Shown: in pieces, positions 1-7,202 of the stretch
How the letters are laid out: every line of letters starts with the position of its first letter
Position numbering within the stretch: position 1 is the first letter of the stretch
From: a virus
DNA length: 35,841 bases
Strand: one strand, 5' to 3'
Virus record (IMG/VR): IMGVR_UViG_3300045988_115891
Location: 1 to 35,841 of that record
Notes under the pieces: generated by a model
Told to the model about the DNA's origin: nothing
Databases searched by the model: none
Seen by the model: the letters and a program-made list of their open reading frames with translations, nothing else
Position numbers and translations under genes: made by a program

Positions 1-55
1 AAGCTCCTGCGCTGTAAGTGTAACTCATAGGGTAACGGACAACGCCGCAGAAACG
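1..55. repeat. 55-bp terminal direct repeat, identical to 35787..35841 (circular-contig overlap)
   Basis: AAGCTCCTGCGCTGTAAGTGTAACTCATAGGGTAACGGACAACGCCGCAGAAACG occurs at both window ends. An ORF reads continuously across the junction. Confidence 0.95.
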
Positions 56-538
56 GCTATCCATTTCGAGACTTGAAACCTTGTCACGGAGAGCCTGTAT
101 CTCGTTGGTCTGAATGAGCGAACGAGTAGCCTCACCCTCTGCGTGAATTGCAGTAGTGATGTCGCAAGTCTGTCTGTCAATCTGCGCCGCAAGGTTTGCG
201 GTAGCAAGACGATTTTCGCAGCAGCAAGAAGCAAGCTGTTCTGAGAGATTTCTGCCCTCGGTTGTTACGTTTCTCTGCATTTCGTAGCCAAGATTGCAGA
301 TACCGTTACCGATATTAGTCAGGCGGTCGTTAATCTGTCCGAACTGCTGACCGAACAGAATTTCCTGCTGTGAAGCGGCTGTTGCGTACTGACCGAACTC
401 GCCCTGTCTGCCGAATCCGTTGCCGTTAAAGCCCCAGAAGAGGAACAGGAGAATGACCCACCATGCACCGTTACCACCGAATGCGCCGTCATTATCTTTT
501 GTAACGGCGGCGAGGTCTGATAAGCTGTAGTTATCCAT
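1..538 (-). CDS. 5' part of a 193-aa membrane protein with a Gly/Trp-rich N-terminal TM segment and a Cys-rich C-terminus. The gene wraps the window ends and continues at 35786..35743.
   Basis: ATG (complement 538..536) is preceded by AAAGGA. The frame is open to position 1 and it is missing from the ORF track because it runs off the edge. Hand translation: MDNYSLSDLAAVTKDNDGAFGGNGAWWVILLFLFWGFNGNGFG...ASCCCENRLA...FCGCNSCGCNNI, stop TGA at 35745..35743. Confidence 0.75.
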   Translation of the reverse strand, partial: MDNYSLSDLAAVTKDNDGAFGGNGAWWVILLFLFWGFNGNGFGRQGEFGQYATAASQQEILFGQQFGQINDRLTNIGNGICNLGYEMQRNVTTEGRNLSEQLASCCCENRLATANLAAQIDRQTCDITTAIHAEGEATRSLIQTNEIQALRDKVSSLEMDSRFCGVVRYPMSYTYSAGA

Positions 539-588
539 TTCGTTAATCCTTTCGTGATTTTTTTATTTATAAAGCGTTGCGCACCGCT

Positions 589-816
589 TTATTTCAAAAT
601 GTTTTGCAGGCTCTGCGCCTGCTGTTTTAACTGCTCAAACTGTGCCTGTGACATTTTGCCGCTGTTCAAAAGCTCCTGTACCATCTGCTGTGGATTTCGG
701 TTTCCGAGTTGCTTTTTGAACTCTGCAAAACGCTGTATCATACCAAGCGGATTGTTATTGCTGTTCGGCAGTTGCTGATTTACTCCGTTTAGTGCTTGTA
801 ATATCGGATTTGCCAT
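589..816 (-). CDS. hypothetical small Gln/Asn-rich protein (75 aa)
   Basis: ORF-track ORF. GGAGG lies 9 nt upstream of the ATG (complement of 826..830). It is tightly packed with its neighbours in the antisense cassette. Confidence 0.6.
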   Translation of the reverse strand: MANPILQALNGVNQQLPNSNNNPLGMIQRFAEFKKQLGNRNPQQMVQELLNSGKMSQAQFEQLKQQAQSLQNILK

Positions 817-1141
817 TTACTATTTCCTCCAGTCGTGATATTCTGCTTTCTAAGTCCTTCGTGTTGACGGGCGGTTCTGCCTGATAAGGTGTTATACTAT
901 ACGGGGTTATCGTCTTGTATCCTGCACCGTCAGACTGCACAAGCCATACTATCGGGGAGCTTTCGTCAAGAAGAAGTGCGGAACTGTTCGGGGCAAGCTG
1001 ATACGCCCTTGCTCCGTTCTCACCGTTTACCTTGACTATTTCCGAGCGTATCTGCGGTTGCATCGGCGAATTGAAAGAATTGCCGTATATGCTGTTAGGA
1101 TAGCCCTGCGGATATGCGTTGTAATTTTGATTGTAGTACAT
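755..1141 (-). CDS. hypothetical protein with a Tyr/Asn/Gln-rich N-terminus (128 aa); first gene of the antisense cassette
   Basis: ATG is preceded by GAGGAGGG (complement of 1149..1156). Its 3' end overlaps the next gene by 62 nt in another frame. Confidence 0.6.
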   Translation of the reverse strand: MYYNQNYNAYPQGYPNSIYGNSFNSPMQPQIRSEIVKVNGENGARAYQLAPNSSALLLDESSPIVWLVQSDGAGYKTITPYSITPYQAEPPVNTKDLESRISRLEEIVNGKSDITSTKRSKSATAEQQ

Positions 1142-1260
1142 ATTTATCCCTCCTCGAATTACAGTATATTACAATTTTTCACTGGATACAATGAACAAAG
1201 CGTGCAGTTTTTGACCGAATAAAAAAAATAAAAAAATATTAAAAAAATGCGAAAAAAGTA

Positions 1261-1289
1261 TTGACAAACGCTTGGGTTTGTGATATAAT
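1261..1289 (+). promoter_or_regulatory. sigma-A type promoter TTGACA-17-TATAAT with an A-rich upstream tract; paralogue of the promoter at 30323
   Basis: TTGACA 1261..1266, 17-bp spacer, TATAAT 1284..1289. The 11-bp palindrome TCTATTATAGA at 1289..1299 overlaps the -10/+1 region. Confidence 0.8.
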
Positions 1290-1346
1290 CTATTATAGAG
1301 AGATGAGATAAAGGAAACCTCATCAAGAGTAGAAAGGATAAAGAAT

Positions 1347-1598
1347 ATGAAAATTTACAGACTTCACGAAGCACAGGATAACACAAAGAACTACATCGTC
1401 CTCACAGATGGCGAGGGACTTGCAAAGATGATTGACTGGGATTTAAGCGAGGAAGAGGTTGAAGAGCTTGTTAAAGAGTTTGAGCAGGTCGGCGGTAGTC
1501 TTGAAAGCCGTGTAGAATGCGGTTGGATGGATGAAGATGATGTTTTCGGTGATACATTCGCTATAGAAGAACTTGGCTCAATCACGCAGTTAAAGTAA
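1347..1598 (+). CDS. hypothetical acidic early protein (83 aa)
   Basis: First ORF downstream of the consensus promoter. RBS AGAAAGGA is upstream of the ATG. Confidence 0.65.
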   Translation: MKIYRLHEAQDNTKNYIVLTDGEGLAKMIDWDLSEEEVEELVKEFEQVGGSLESRVECGWMDEDDVFGDTFAIEELGSITQLK

Positions 1599-1698
1599 GC
1601 TTGCTAACGCAGAACGACGCAGGGGCGAAAGCCCTTGTGGTAATGCGGCTAAGAACGGTCGTAAGCCCGTCAAGCAAGCATAAGAAAGGAGCGCTTTT

Positions 1699-2151
1699 AT
1701 GAGCGATAAGATGATATGCCTTGACTGCGGAACTGTATTTGACGCAAACGAGGTGGAAAGAGTACAGGAGTACCGTGGCGAGTGCTGGGGTCGCCCTGCA
1801 TACGAGGAAGAGTTGATATGCCCGCACTGCAAAAGCAGTGACATTGACGATGCAGAGGAGTGCGAAATCTGCGGCAGTTGGTGTTCGACAGAGGAACTGT
1901 ATGACAACGGCGGTCTTTGCACAGCTTGCCTTGAAACGTACAGCACAAATGAGGAGTGTTTCAAAGCGTGTGAGCGCAACAAAGACACGGAAAGCGTTGA
2001 GTTGAACTCTTACCTTGCGTATGTGTTCAGCGAGGACGAAATCGAGGACATACTGCTCGCAGAGCTGGCGAAGTCGGCAAACAGTACGACCGTTGCGAAG
2101 CTCCGTGAGGAGTTCGTCAAGGAAAACAGCTTCGTTTTCAGAAAGGGGTGA
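1699..2151 (+). CDS. zinc-ribbon (multi CxxC) protein, 150 aa
   Basis: RBS AAAGGAG. Motifs CLDCG...CPHC and CEICG...CTAC. Confidence 0.65.
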   Translation: MSDKMICLDCGTVFDANEVERVQEYRGECWGRPAYEEELICPHCKSSDIDDAEECEICGSWCSTEELYDNGGLCTACLETYSTNEECFKACERNKDTESVELNSYLAYVFSEDEIEDILLAELAKSANSTTVAKLREEFVKENSFVFRKG

Positions 2152-2155
2152 TAAG

Positions 2156-2323
2156 GTGAAAGAGAACAAGTTAAACTCACGACTTGTCCTGATAAGCGGT
2201 CTGTCGGTTCTTCCCGAGATTAAACGTATGCTTGAAGAAATCGCATTCCGCAAGGGCAAGACGCTTGTCGGGCTATTTCGTGAAGAAATAATTCCGATGT
2301 ATCTAAAAAAAGAAAGGAGATAG
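2156..2323 (+). CDS. small ribbon-helix-helix-like protein (55 aa, GTG start)
   Basis: This is the in-frame distal part of track ORF 2015..2323, whose upstream part overlaps the previous gene. GTG at 2156 follows AAAGGGG. The pattern is a short beta strand (SRLVLISG) followed by two helices. Confidence 0.4.
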   Translation: MKENKLNSRLVLISGLSVLPEIKRMLEEIAFRKGKTLVGLFREEIIPMYLKKERR

Positions 2324-2328
2324 GACAA

Positions 2329-2940
2329 ATGGCGGTACTCGTTATGATTTACGGTCAGAGCGGCACAGGAAAGTCAACAAGCTTGCGTAATTTTACGAAT
2401 GACGAAGTTGCGGTTATCAACGTATCGGGCAAGCCGTTGCCGTTCCGAAGCAAACTGACGACTTACGATACGGATAATTACGCAAAAATATCCAGTGCGC
2501 TCGGCAAAATCGAGAGAAAGTCTATCGTTATTGATGACGCAACGTATCTGATGGTAAACGAATTTATGCGAACGGCAAAAGTCGCAGGGTATCAGAAATA
2601 TACTGATATGGCGGTAAACTTTAACTCGCTTGTTGCACAGGCTTCACAGCTTGCAAACGACAAAATTGTATACTTTCTCGGGCATTCTGACCTCAAGGAC
2701 GATGGCACAGAGCATTTTAAAACTATCGGCAAAATGCTTGATAACTATGTCACGGTTGAGGGAAAATTTACTATCGTGCTTAAAACGGTTGTGCAGGACG
2801 GAAAATATTATTTTTCGACACACAACAGCGGACAGGACACGGTAAAATCTCCGCTCGGTATGTTTGCGGATAATTATGTTGACAACGATTTGAAAGCCGT
2901 TGATGCGATTATCCGTGAGTATTACGGGATAGGGGGCTAA
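2329..2940 (+). CDS. Sak4-like / AAA_24-type RecA-fold ATPase (single-strand annealing accessory)
   Basis: Walker A GQSGTGKST and Walker B VIDDATYL. The size (about 200 aa) and position next to an SSB-like gene fit this family. RBS AAGGAG. Confidence 0.7.
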   Translation: MAVLVMIYGQSGTGKSTSLRNFTNDEVAVINVSGKPLPFRSKLTTYDTDNYAKISSALGKIERKSIVIDDATYLMVNEFMRTAKVAGYQKYTDMAVNFNSLVAQASQLANDKIVYFLGHSDLKDDGTEHFKTIGKMLDNYVTVEGKFTIVLKTVVQDGKYYFSTHNSGQDTVKSPLGMFADNYVDNDLKAVDAIIREYYGIGG

Positions 2941-2944
2941 AGGT

Positions 2945-3187
2945 ATGGCTTTTGAAAACGGCATATCGGGATATGTGGAAGCACACGCAACAGTGACTGT
3001 ATACTTTCCGATTGACAGCAGAGGAAACGCATTTATCGACTGCAAGCACTGTCCGTTTTTATCGAGCAACGAGCGGATTTGTCAGCTTAACAAAGAAGCA
3101 GTAGCTTTCCCGACAAAGTATGTAGGCGGCAGATGCCCGCTTGAACCGATTGAAATAGAAAACCAAAAAACAACACAGAAGGAATAA
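2945..3187 (+). CDS. hypothetical Cys-containing protein (80 aa)
   Basis: ORF packed 4 nt after the previous stop, in the coding-dense + strand. Confidence 0.55.
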   Translation: MAFENGISGYVEAHATVTVYFPIDSRGNAFIDCKHCPFLSSNERICQLNKEAVAFPTKYVGGRCPLEPIEIENQKTTQKE

Positions 3188-3192
3188 ACGAA

Positions 3193-3753
3193 ATGAAAAA
3201 AGTAAACGTTGAAGCAAAGAAAATGAGCGAAGGCGGTCAGATACCCGTTGACGGATATGTAGTCGGTATTCTGAGCGCAAAGGTCGAGGAAACCGATTAC
3301 GGTGAAAGACTTGCTATAGGTTTTGACATCGCAGAGGGCGAGTACAAGGACTTTTACAAGCAGAAGTTTGACGGCGACACAAGCGAAAATAAGAAGTGGA
3401 AGGGAGTTATCCGTATCAACGTTCCCGATGAAAAAAGTCAGTATTATGACACGCAGAAAAAGGTGTTCGGTAACTTCCTTGCTTGCGTTGAGGAAAGCAA
3501 CGAGGGGTATCACTGGGACTGGGACGAAAAGAAGCTGAAAGGCAAGTCGCTCGGCATCGTGTTCCGTAACAAAGAGTGGGAAAAAGATGGTAGCAGCGGT
3601 TGGTATTCAGAGCCGTATAACATTAAGAGTGTACAGGATATTCGTGACGGCAAGTTTAGGATACCGAAAGATAAGCCGTTAGCAAACAAACAGGAAACTG
3701 CCGCTCCCGTAGTGGCACAGCCCGAAGAGATTGACGAAGATTATCCGTTCTGA
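3193..3753 (+). CDS. DUF669-like putative ssDNA-binding protein with an SSB-type acidic C-terminal tip
   Basis: C-terminus ...EEIDEDYPF resembles the bacterial SSB tail D-D-D-I-P-F. It sits beside the Sak4-like ATPase. RBS GAAGGA. Confidence 0.55.
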   Translation: MKKVNVEAKKMSEGGQIPVDGYVVGILSAKVEETDYGERLAIGFDIAEGEYKDFYKQKFDGDTSENKKWKGVIRINVPDEKSQYYDTQKKVFGNFLACVEESNEGYHWDWDEKKLKGKSLGIVFRNKEWEKDGSSGWYSEPYNIKSVQDIRDGKFRIPKDKPLANKQETAAPVVAQPEEIDEDYPF

Positions 3754-3766
3754 GAAAGGAGAAACT

Positions 3767-3994
3767 ATGGCAAGATATGTCACTAACTCATCGGACAAGA
3801 GTAAAGCAGTAACGCTTATACTCTGCCTGATACTCGGTCTGATAGGCGGTCACGACTTTTATCTTGGTAAAATCGGCAGTGGGCTTTTAAAGCTTTTCAC
3901 TTGCAATTTGTTTGGCATAGGTTGGTTCATCGACCTTATAAAAATAGCGACAGGCAGTTATTGTGATAATGTCGGCGCACCGATAAGAAAGTAA
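3767..3994 (+). CDS. TM2-domain membrane protein (75 aa)
   Basis: ATG at 3767 follows AAAGGAG; the track start at 3731 overlaps the previous gene. Two hydrophobic helices carry a GGHDFYLGK...GIGWFIDL pattern. Confidence 0.6.
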   Translation: MARYVTNSSDKSKAVTLILCLILGLIGGHDFYLGKIGSGLLKLFTCNLFGIGWFIDLIKIATGSYCDNVGAPIRK

Positions 3995-4029
3995 AAAAAC
4001 AACAACACGAAAAAAAGGAGTAAATTGGT

Positions 4030-4683
4030 ATGGCAACAACAAAAAAGGCAGAAGTAGTAGAGATTAAGCCTGTAGAGCTTAGAACAGTTATGTTAAAGAT
4101 AGTCGGCGACACGCCGCTGATAGTACACGCTTGGTCGGAGAAGGCAAAGCGTATGATGCTTGAAGCGCAGATGGGTCTTGCAAAGGGCAAGAAAAAGGAA
4201 GTCAAGAACCCTGTTGACGACTTTATCCAGTCGATGTACTGGCTGACCGACAAGCCCAAAGAAAGCACTGAGGAAGCTTTTATGCAGGCAATAAAGGGCG
4301 GAGCAAGGTTCGGCTTCCCTGCGACAGCGTTTAAGCAGTCGGCAATTTCAGCGGCATACAGGCTCGGATATGTTAAGGACAAGATGGGCTTAAGAGGAGC
4401 ATTCTTCATCAACGGCGATGAAAACGGTATGATTGAAATACATTCCGACACGCCGATTATGCGTGAGGATATGGTAAAAATCGGTATGGGTACAGCTGAC
4501 CTGCGTTATCGTGGCGAGTTCCGCAACTGGTGGGCTGAATTAAATATCAGCTACAATGCGAACGGCTCATTTTCGCTTGAAAACATTGTCAACATAATCA
4601 ACGCAGGAGGTTACGCTTGCGGTGTAGGTGAATGGCGTGTTGAAAAGGACGGTCAGAACGGTGCGTTTCACGTTGTAGGTTAA
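4030..4683 (+). CDS. conserved-looking phage protein of unknown function (217 aa)
   Basis: RBS AAGGAG and a non-repetitive globular sequence. I did not recognise any family. Confidence 0.6.
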   Translation: MATTKKAEVVEIKPVELRTVMLKIVGDTPLIVHAWSEKAKRMMLEAQMGLAKGKKKEVKNPVDDFIQSMYWLTDKPKESTEEAFMQAIKGGARFGFPATAFKQSAISAAYRLGYVKDKMGLRGAFFINGDENGMIEIHSDTPIMREDMVKIGMGTADLRYRGEFRNWWAELNISYNANGSFSLENIVNIINAGGYACGVGEWRVEKDGQNGAFHVVG

Positions 4684-4985
4684 TTTTTAGGTAGTCGTGG
4701 TTTGGCAGGTTAGGTGCGGCAAGGAGTGTTTGGGTGAGTTCCGTTAAGGCTCGGTTTGGCAGGTGGGGTTAGGCAAGGTGTGGCGAAGTTGGGTACGGTT
4801 TGGCAGGCATGGCAAGGCTCGTTCCGTTAAGGCTTGGCAAGGTTCGGCAGGTGGGGTCGGGTGAGGCAGGGTATGGCACGGAAAGGTTCGGCAGGTAAGG
4901 TCAGGTACGGTGAGGTCAGGTTGGGCATGGTGAGGCGGGCTCAGGTATGGCAGGCTCAGGTATGGCAGGCTTGGAAAGCCAAAAA
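4684..4985 (+). repeat. G+T-rich, C-poor degenerate repeat island (GGCAGG / GGCAAGG / AGGT motifs), non-coding
   Basis: I count 27 G vs 8 C in 4741..4800 and 28 G vs 8 C in 4861..4920, and 15 AGGT in total. GTTCCGTTAAGGCT occurs at 4738 and 4821. A 15-bp tandem GCTCAGGTATGGCAG occurs x2.3 at 4939..4971. Confidence 0.85.
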
Positions 4986-5004
4986 TCGAAAGGAGTTATT
5001 TTTT

Positions 5005-5484
5005 ATGGTCTACGAATGGAAAGATTTAGCGTCTGTGCGAAACATTAAGGCAGATGCACAGGTAGCAGGAGAAGTTTGCGAGGAACTGGAGCGAGAAGGG
5101 CGTTTAACGCCTGAAAATCTCGTTGAAGTGAGCAAAGACGAAAACGCACCGCTACATAACGAATTTGAATGGAATGATGCCACAGCGGCGAAGAAATACC
5201 GCCGTTCGCAAGCGCAGTTTATCATTCAAATGCTCGTTGTAAAATCGTCCGATGATGAGGAAGAAGAAAAGAAGCCGCCTGTAAGGGCGTTCTTCGCTAT
5301 CGACAGGGAACGCAGAAGTTATGAAAGTGTTGTGTCGATACTGGAAAGCAAGGATAAAACAGCTACTCTGCGTGAGCAGGTAGTTAAAGAACTTGCTTGC
5401 TTTTACGGCAAATATCAGGCAATTTTTGACGGCGATTTGGCGAAACTCGGCGAGGAGATACGCAATGTCATTACTCCCGATTGA
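5005..5484 (+). CDS. hypothetical protein (159 aa)
   Basis: ATG at 5005 is preceded by AAAGGAG (4989..4995). The upstream in-frame extension from 4834 is Arg/Gly/Trp low complexity read out of the repeat island. Confidence 0.65.
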   Translation: MVYEWKDLASVRNIKADAQVAGEVCEELEREGRLTPENLVEVSKDENAPLHNEFEWNDATAAKKYRRSQAQFIIQMLVVKSSDDEEEEKKPPVRAFFAIDRERRSYESVVSILESKDKTATLREQVVKELACFYGKYQAIFDGDLAKLGEEIRNVITPD

Positions 5485-5983
5485 GCAAGAGCAAGCTTTA
5501 GAAACGCTGACAATTCTTGTCGATACAAGGGAACACGAAACAGCCGAAGCAGTCCGTAGATGGTCTGCTTTTGGCAAGCCGTGGCGAAAAGAGAAGCTTG
5601 ACAGCGGAGATTATTCCGCAGAACTTCTCTTGCCGAGTGGCGAAACTTGGCGTGTGCCTTGCGTTATCGAAAGGAAAATGAATTTGTCGGAAATCTGCGG
5701 TAATTTTGGCACGAACCGAGGACGGTTTATCCGAGAATTTGAGCGGATAAAAGAAAGCGGCTTGAAATGCTATCTGCTGATAGAAAACGATAGTTGGGAA
5801 AATGCGTATGCAGGGCGATACAAGTCGCTGATGAAGCCGAAAGCCCTCATATCGAGTTTAACGGCGTGGTCGGCAAGATACAACGCTCATATCGTGTTTT
5901 GCAAAGACCGCACGACACCAAAATTGATAGCGGAGATATTGTACCGAGAAGCAAAGGAGATTTTGAAAAATGGCGATTGGTGA
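5465..5983 (+). CDS. ERCC4/Mus81-type structure-specific nuclease (putative junction resolvase)
   Basis: Motifs VDTREH, SGDY and IERK are in the order typical of ERCC4 nuclease domains. ATG at 5465 follows GAGGAG. Confidence 0.65.
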   Translation: MSLLPIEQEQALETLTILVDTREHETAEAVRRWSAFGKPWRKEKLDSGDYSAELLLPSGETWRVPCVIERKMNLSEICGNFGTNRGRFIREFERIKESGLKCYLLIENDSWENAYAGRYKSLMKPKALISSLTAWSARYNAHIVFCKDRTTPKLIAEILYREAKEILKNGDW

Positions 5984-6410
5984 TGAAAATAAATTTGACG
6001 GTGAAAAGGTAAGACTTGACCTTGTCGAGCCGAGCCTTATCGAAGCGATAGGCAAGGTTAGGACATATGGCATTAAAAAGTATACCGATGAACAGTCATG
6101 GAGAAAAGTCGAGAAGCCGAGATATGTAGCGGCGGCTATGCGACACTTTGAAGCGTATCGCAAGGGCGAAAGCAACGATGCCGAAAGCGGTATGCCGCAC
6201 TTATGGCATTGTGCTTGTAACCTTATGTTCCTCATCGAACTGGAAAAAGAACAGCAGGCAAAGCAGACTTTTAGTGACGGGTATGAACTCGACAACGAGG
6301 TAAAGTGCAAGCACTGCAAATATCACAGCGAAAAAACACAGCATTGCATACGCAAGGCGGAAGTCACAGACGATAACTATTCGTGCGGAATGGGAGTGTT
6401 GCGAAAATGA
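5970..6410 (+). CDS. dATP/dGTP diphosphohydrolase N-terminal-domain-like (DUF5664-like) protein with a C-terminal Cys cluster
   Basis: N-terminal pattern KFDGEKVRLDLVEP...KYTDEQSWRKV...AAMRHFEAY...ESGMPHLWHCACNLMFL matches my memory of this phage family. RBS AAGGAG. Confidence 0.5.
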   Translation: MAIGDENKFDGEKVRLDLVEPSLIEAIGKVRTYGIKKYTDEQSWRKVEKPRYVAAAMRHFEAYRKGESNDAESGMPHLWHCACNLMFLIELEKEQQAKQTFSDGYELDNEVKCKHCKYHSEKTQHCIRKAEVTDDNYSCGMGVLRK

Positions 6411-6583
6411 GCGTATGCAGATATTGTGAAAAGCGGCACATCGGCTGTCACAGCACTTGCAAAGAGTATATTGAAGAAATCAAAATCCGAGAAGCTGTGC
6501 GCAAAGACGAAAGAACAAGGGTTTCATTGCGAGAGTATTCTCGTGAAACGCATCGGCGGTTGACAAAGAAAGGCAAGGTCTGA
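6407..6583 (+). CDS. small Cys-rich protein (58 aa)
   Basis: ATGA start/stop overlap with the upstream gene. Motif CRYC...GCHSTC. Confidence 0.5.
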   Translation: MSVCRYCEKRHIGCHSTCKEYIEEIKIREAVRKDERTRVSLREYSRETHRRLTKKGKV

Positions 6584-6584
6584 T

Positions 6585-7190
6585 ATGGGAACGGTATTTA
6601 AAGACCGTGTTGCAAAAGGTCTGTGCGGTTACTGCGGAAAGGAAAATGATAATCTGCCGCTAACATACTGCAAAGCTTGCGCCGAAAAGCGAAGCCAACA
6701 ATACAAGGAGCGCAAAGAATATTGCGAGCGGCATGGTTGGTGTAATGTCTGCGGAAATCCCGAAAAAATGGAAAACGGGAAAATGTGCTATCACTGTTGG
6801 GAAGTCGCTTATAACGCTCGGCAGAAACGTAAAAAGCCTATGACGGACGAGCAACGGCAGAAAGTATATCAGCGAAACACGGCAAAAAGAAGACAAAACC
6901 TTAAAAACGGTCTTTGTTGGTATTGCGGCAAACGCAAGGTTCTTGACGGCAGGAGAGAGTGCATCGACTGCTATACGAAAAGGAAACGCAGGGCGGCGCT
7001 GATTTACGCAGAAACGAAAGCCAAAAATGCGGCAATTCGGGAGGAACGGCTAAAAAACCATTTATGCACGAAATGCGGTGAACCTGCAAAGGACGGATAT
7101 AAGGTCTGTGAGCGGCATTATCAGATAAGCATACAAAATCAGAAAAGAGCTAAAGAAGCAGTAAGAAAAATGCTTGACAAATGGGATTAA
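6585..7190 (+). CDS. protein built from four tandem CxxC...CxxC zinc-ribbon modules separated by Arg/Lys-rich linkers (201 aa)
   Basis: Modules: CGYCGK..CKAC, CNVCGN..CYHC, CWYCGK..CIDC, CTKCGE..CERH. Confidence 0.65.
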   Translation: MGTVFKDRVAKGLCGYCGKENDNLPLTYCKACAEKRSQQYKERKEYCERHGWCNVCGNPEKMENGKMCYHCWEVAYNARQKRKKPMTDEQRQKVYQRNTAKRRQNLKNGLCWYCGKRKVLDGRRECIDCYTKRKRRAALIYAETKAKNAAIREERLKNHLCTKCGEPAKDGYKVCERHYQISIQNQKRAKEAVRKMLDKWD

Positions 7191-7202
7191 ATGCGTTATA
7201 AT
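7174..7202 (+). promoter_or_regulatory. sigma-A type promoter TTGACA-17-TATAAT
   Basis: TTGACA 7174..7179, 17-bp spacer, TATAAT 7197..7202. Confidence 0.75.

Noticed and set aside
1-55. The 55-bp terminal repeat as a biological direct terminal repeat or cos end.
   Set aside because: An exact overlap of this length, interrupting a gene, looks like an assembler k-mer overlap on a circular or permuted molecule. Real termini cannot be inferred from this sequence alone.
1582-2328. A 248-aa minus-strand ORF, plus the nested 132-aa and 83-aa minus ORFs, opposite the early genes.
   Set aside because: These are shadow ORFs antisense to well-supported + strand genes. They have no RBS and a Ser/Leu/Arg/Cys-rich composition typical of antisense frames.
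4834-5004. In-frame N-terminal extension of the 5005..5484 gene. This is track ORF 4834..5484, starting MARFGRWGRVRQG....
   Set aside because: The extension is Arg/Gly/Trp low complexity that simply reflects the G+T-rich repeat. It begins at a non-ATG codon with no RBS, whereas ATG 5005 has a well-spaced AAAGGAG. I treat it as non-coding, though translation cannot be excluded without data.
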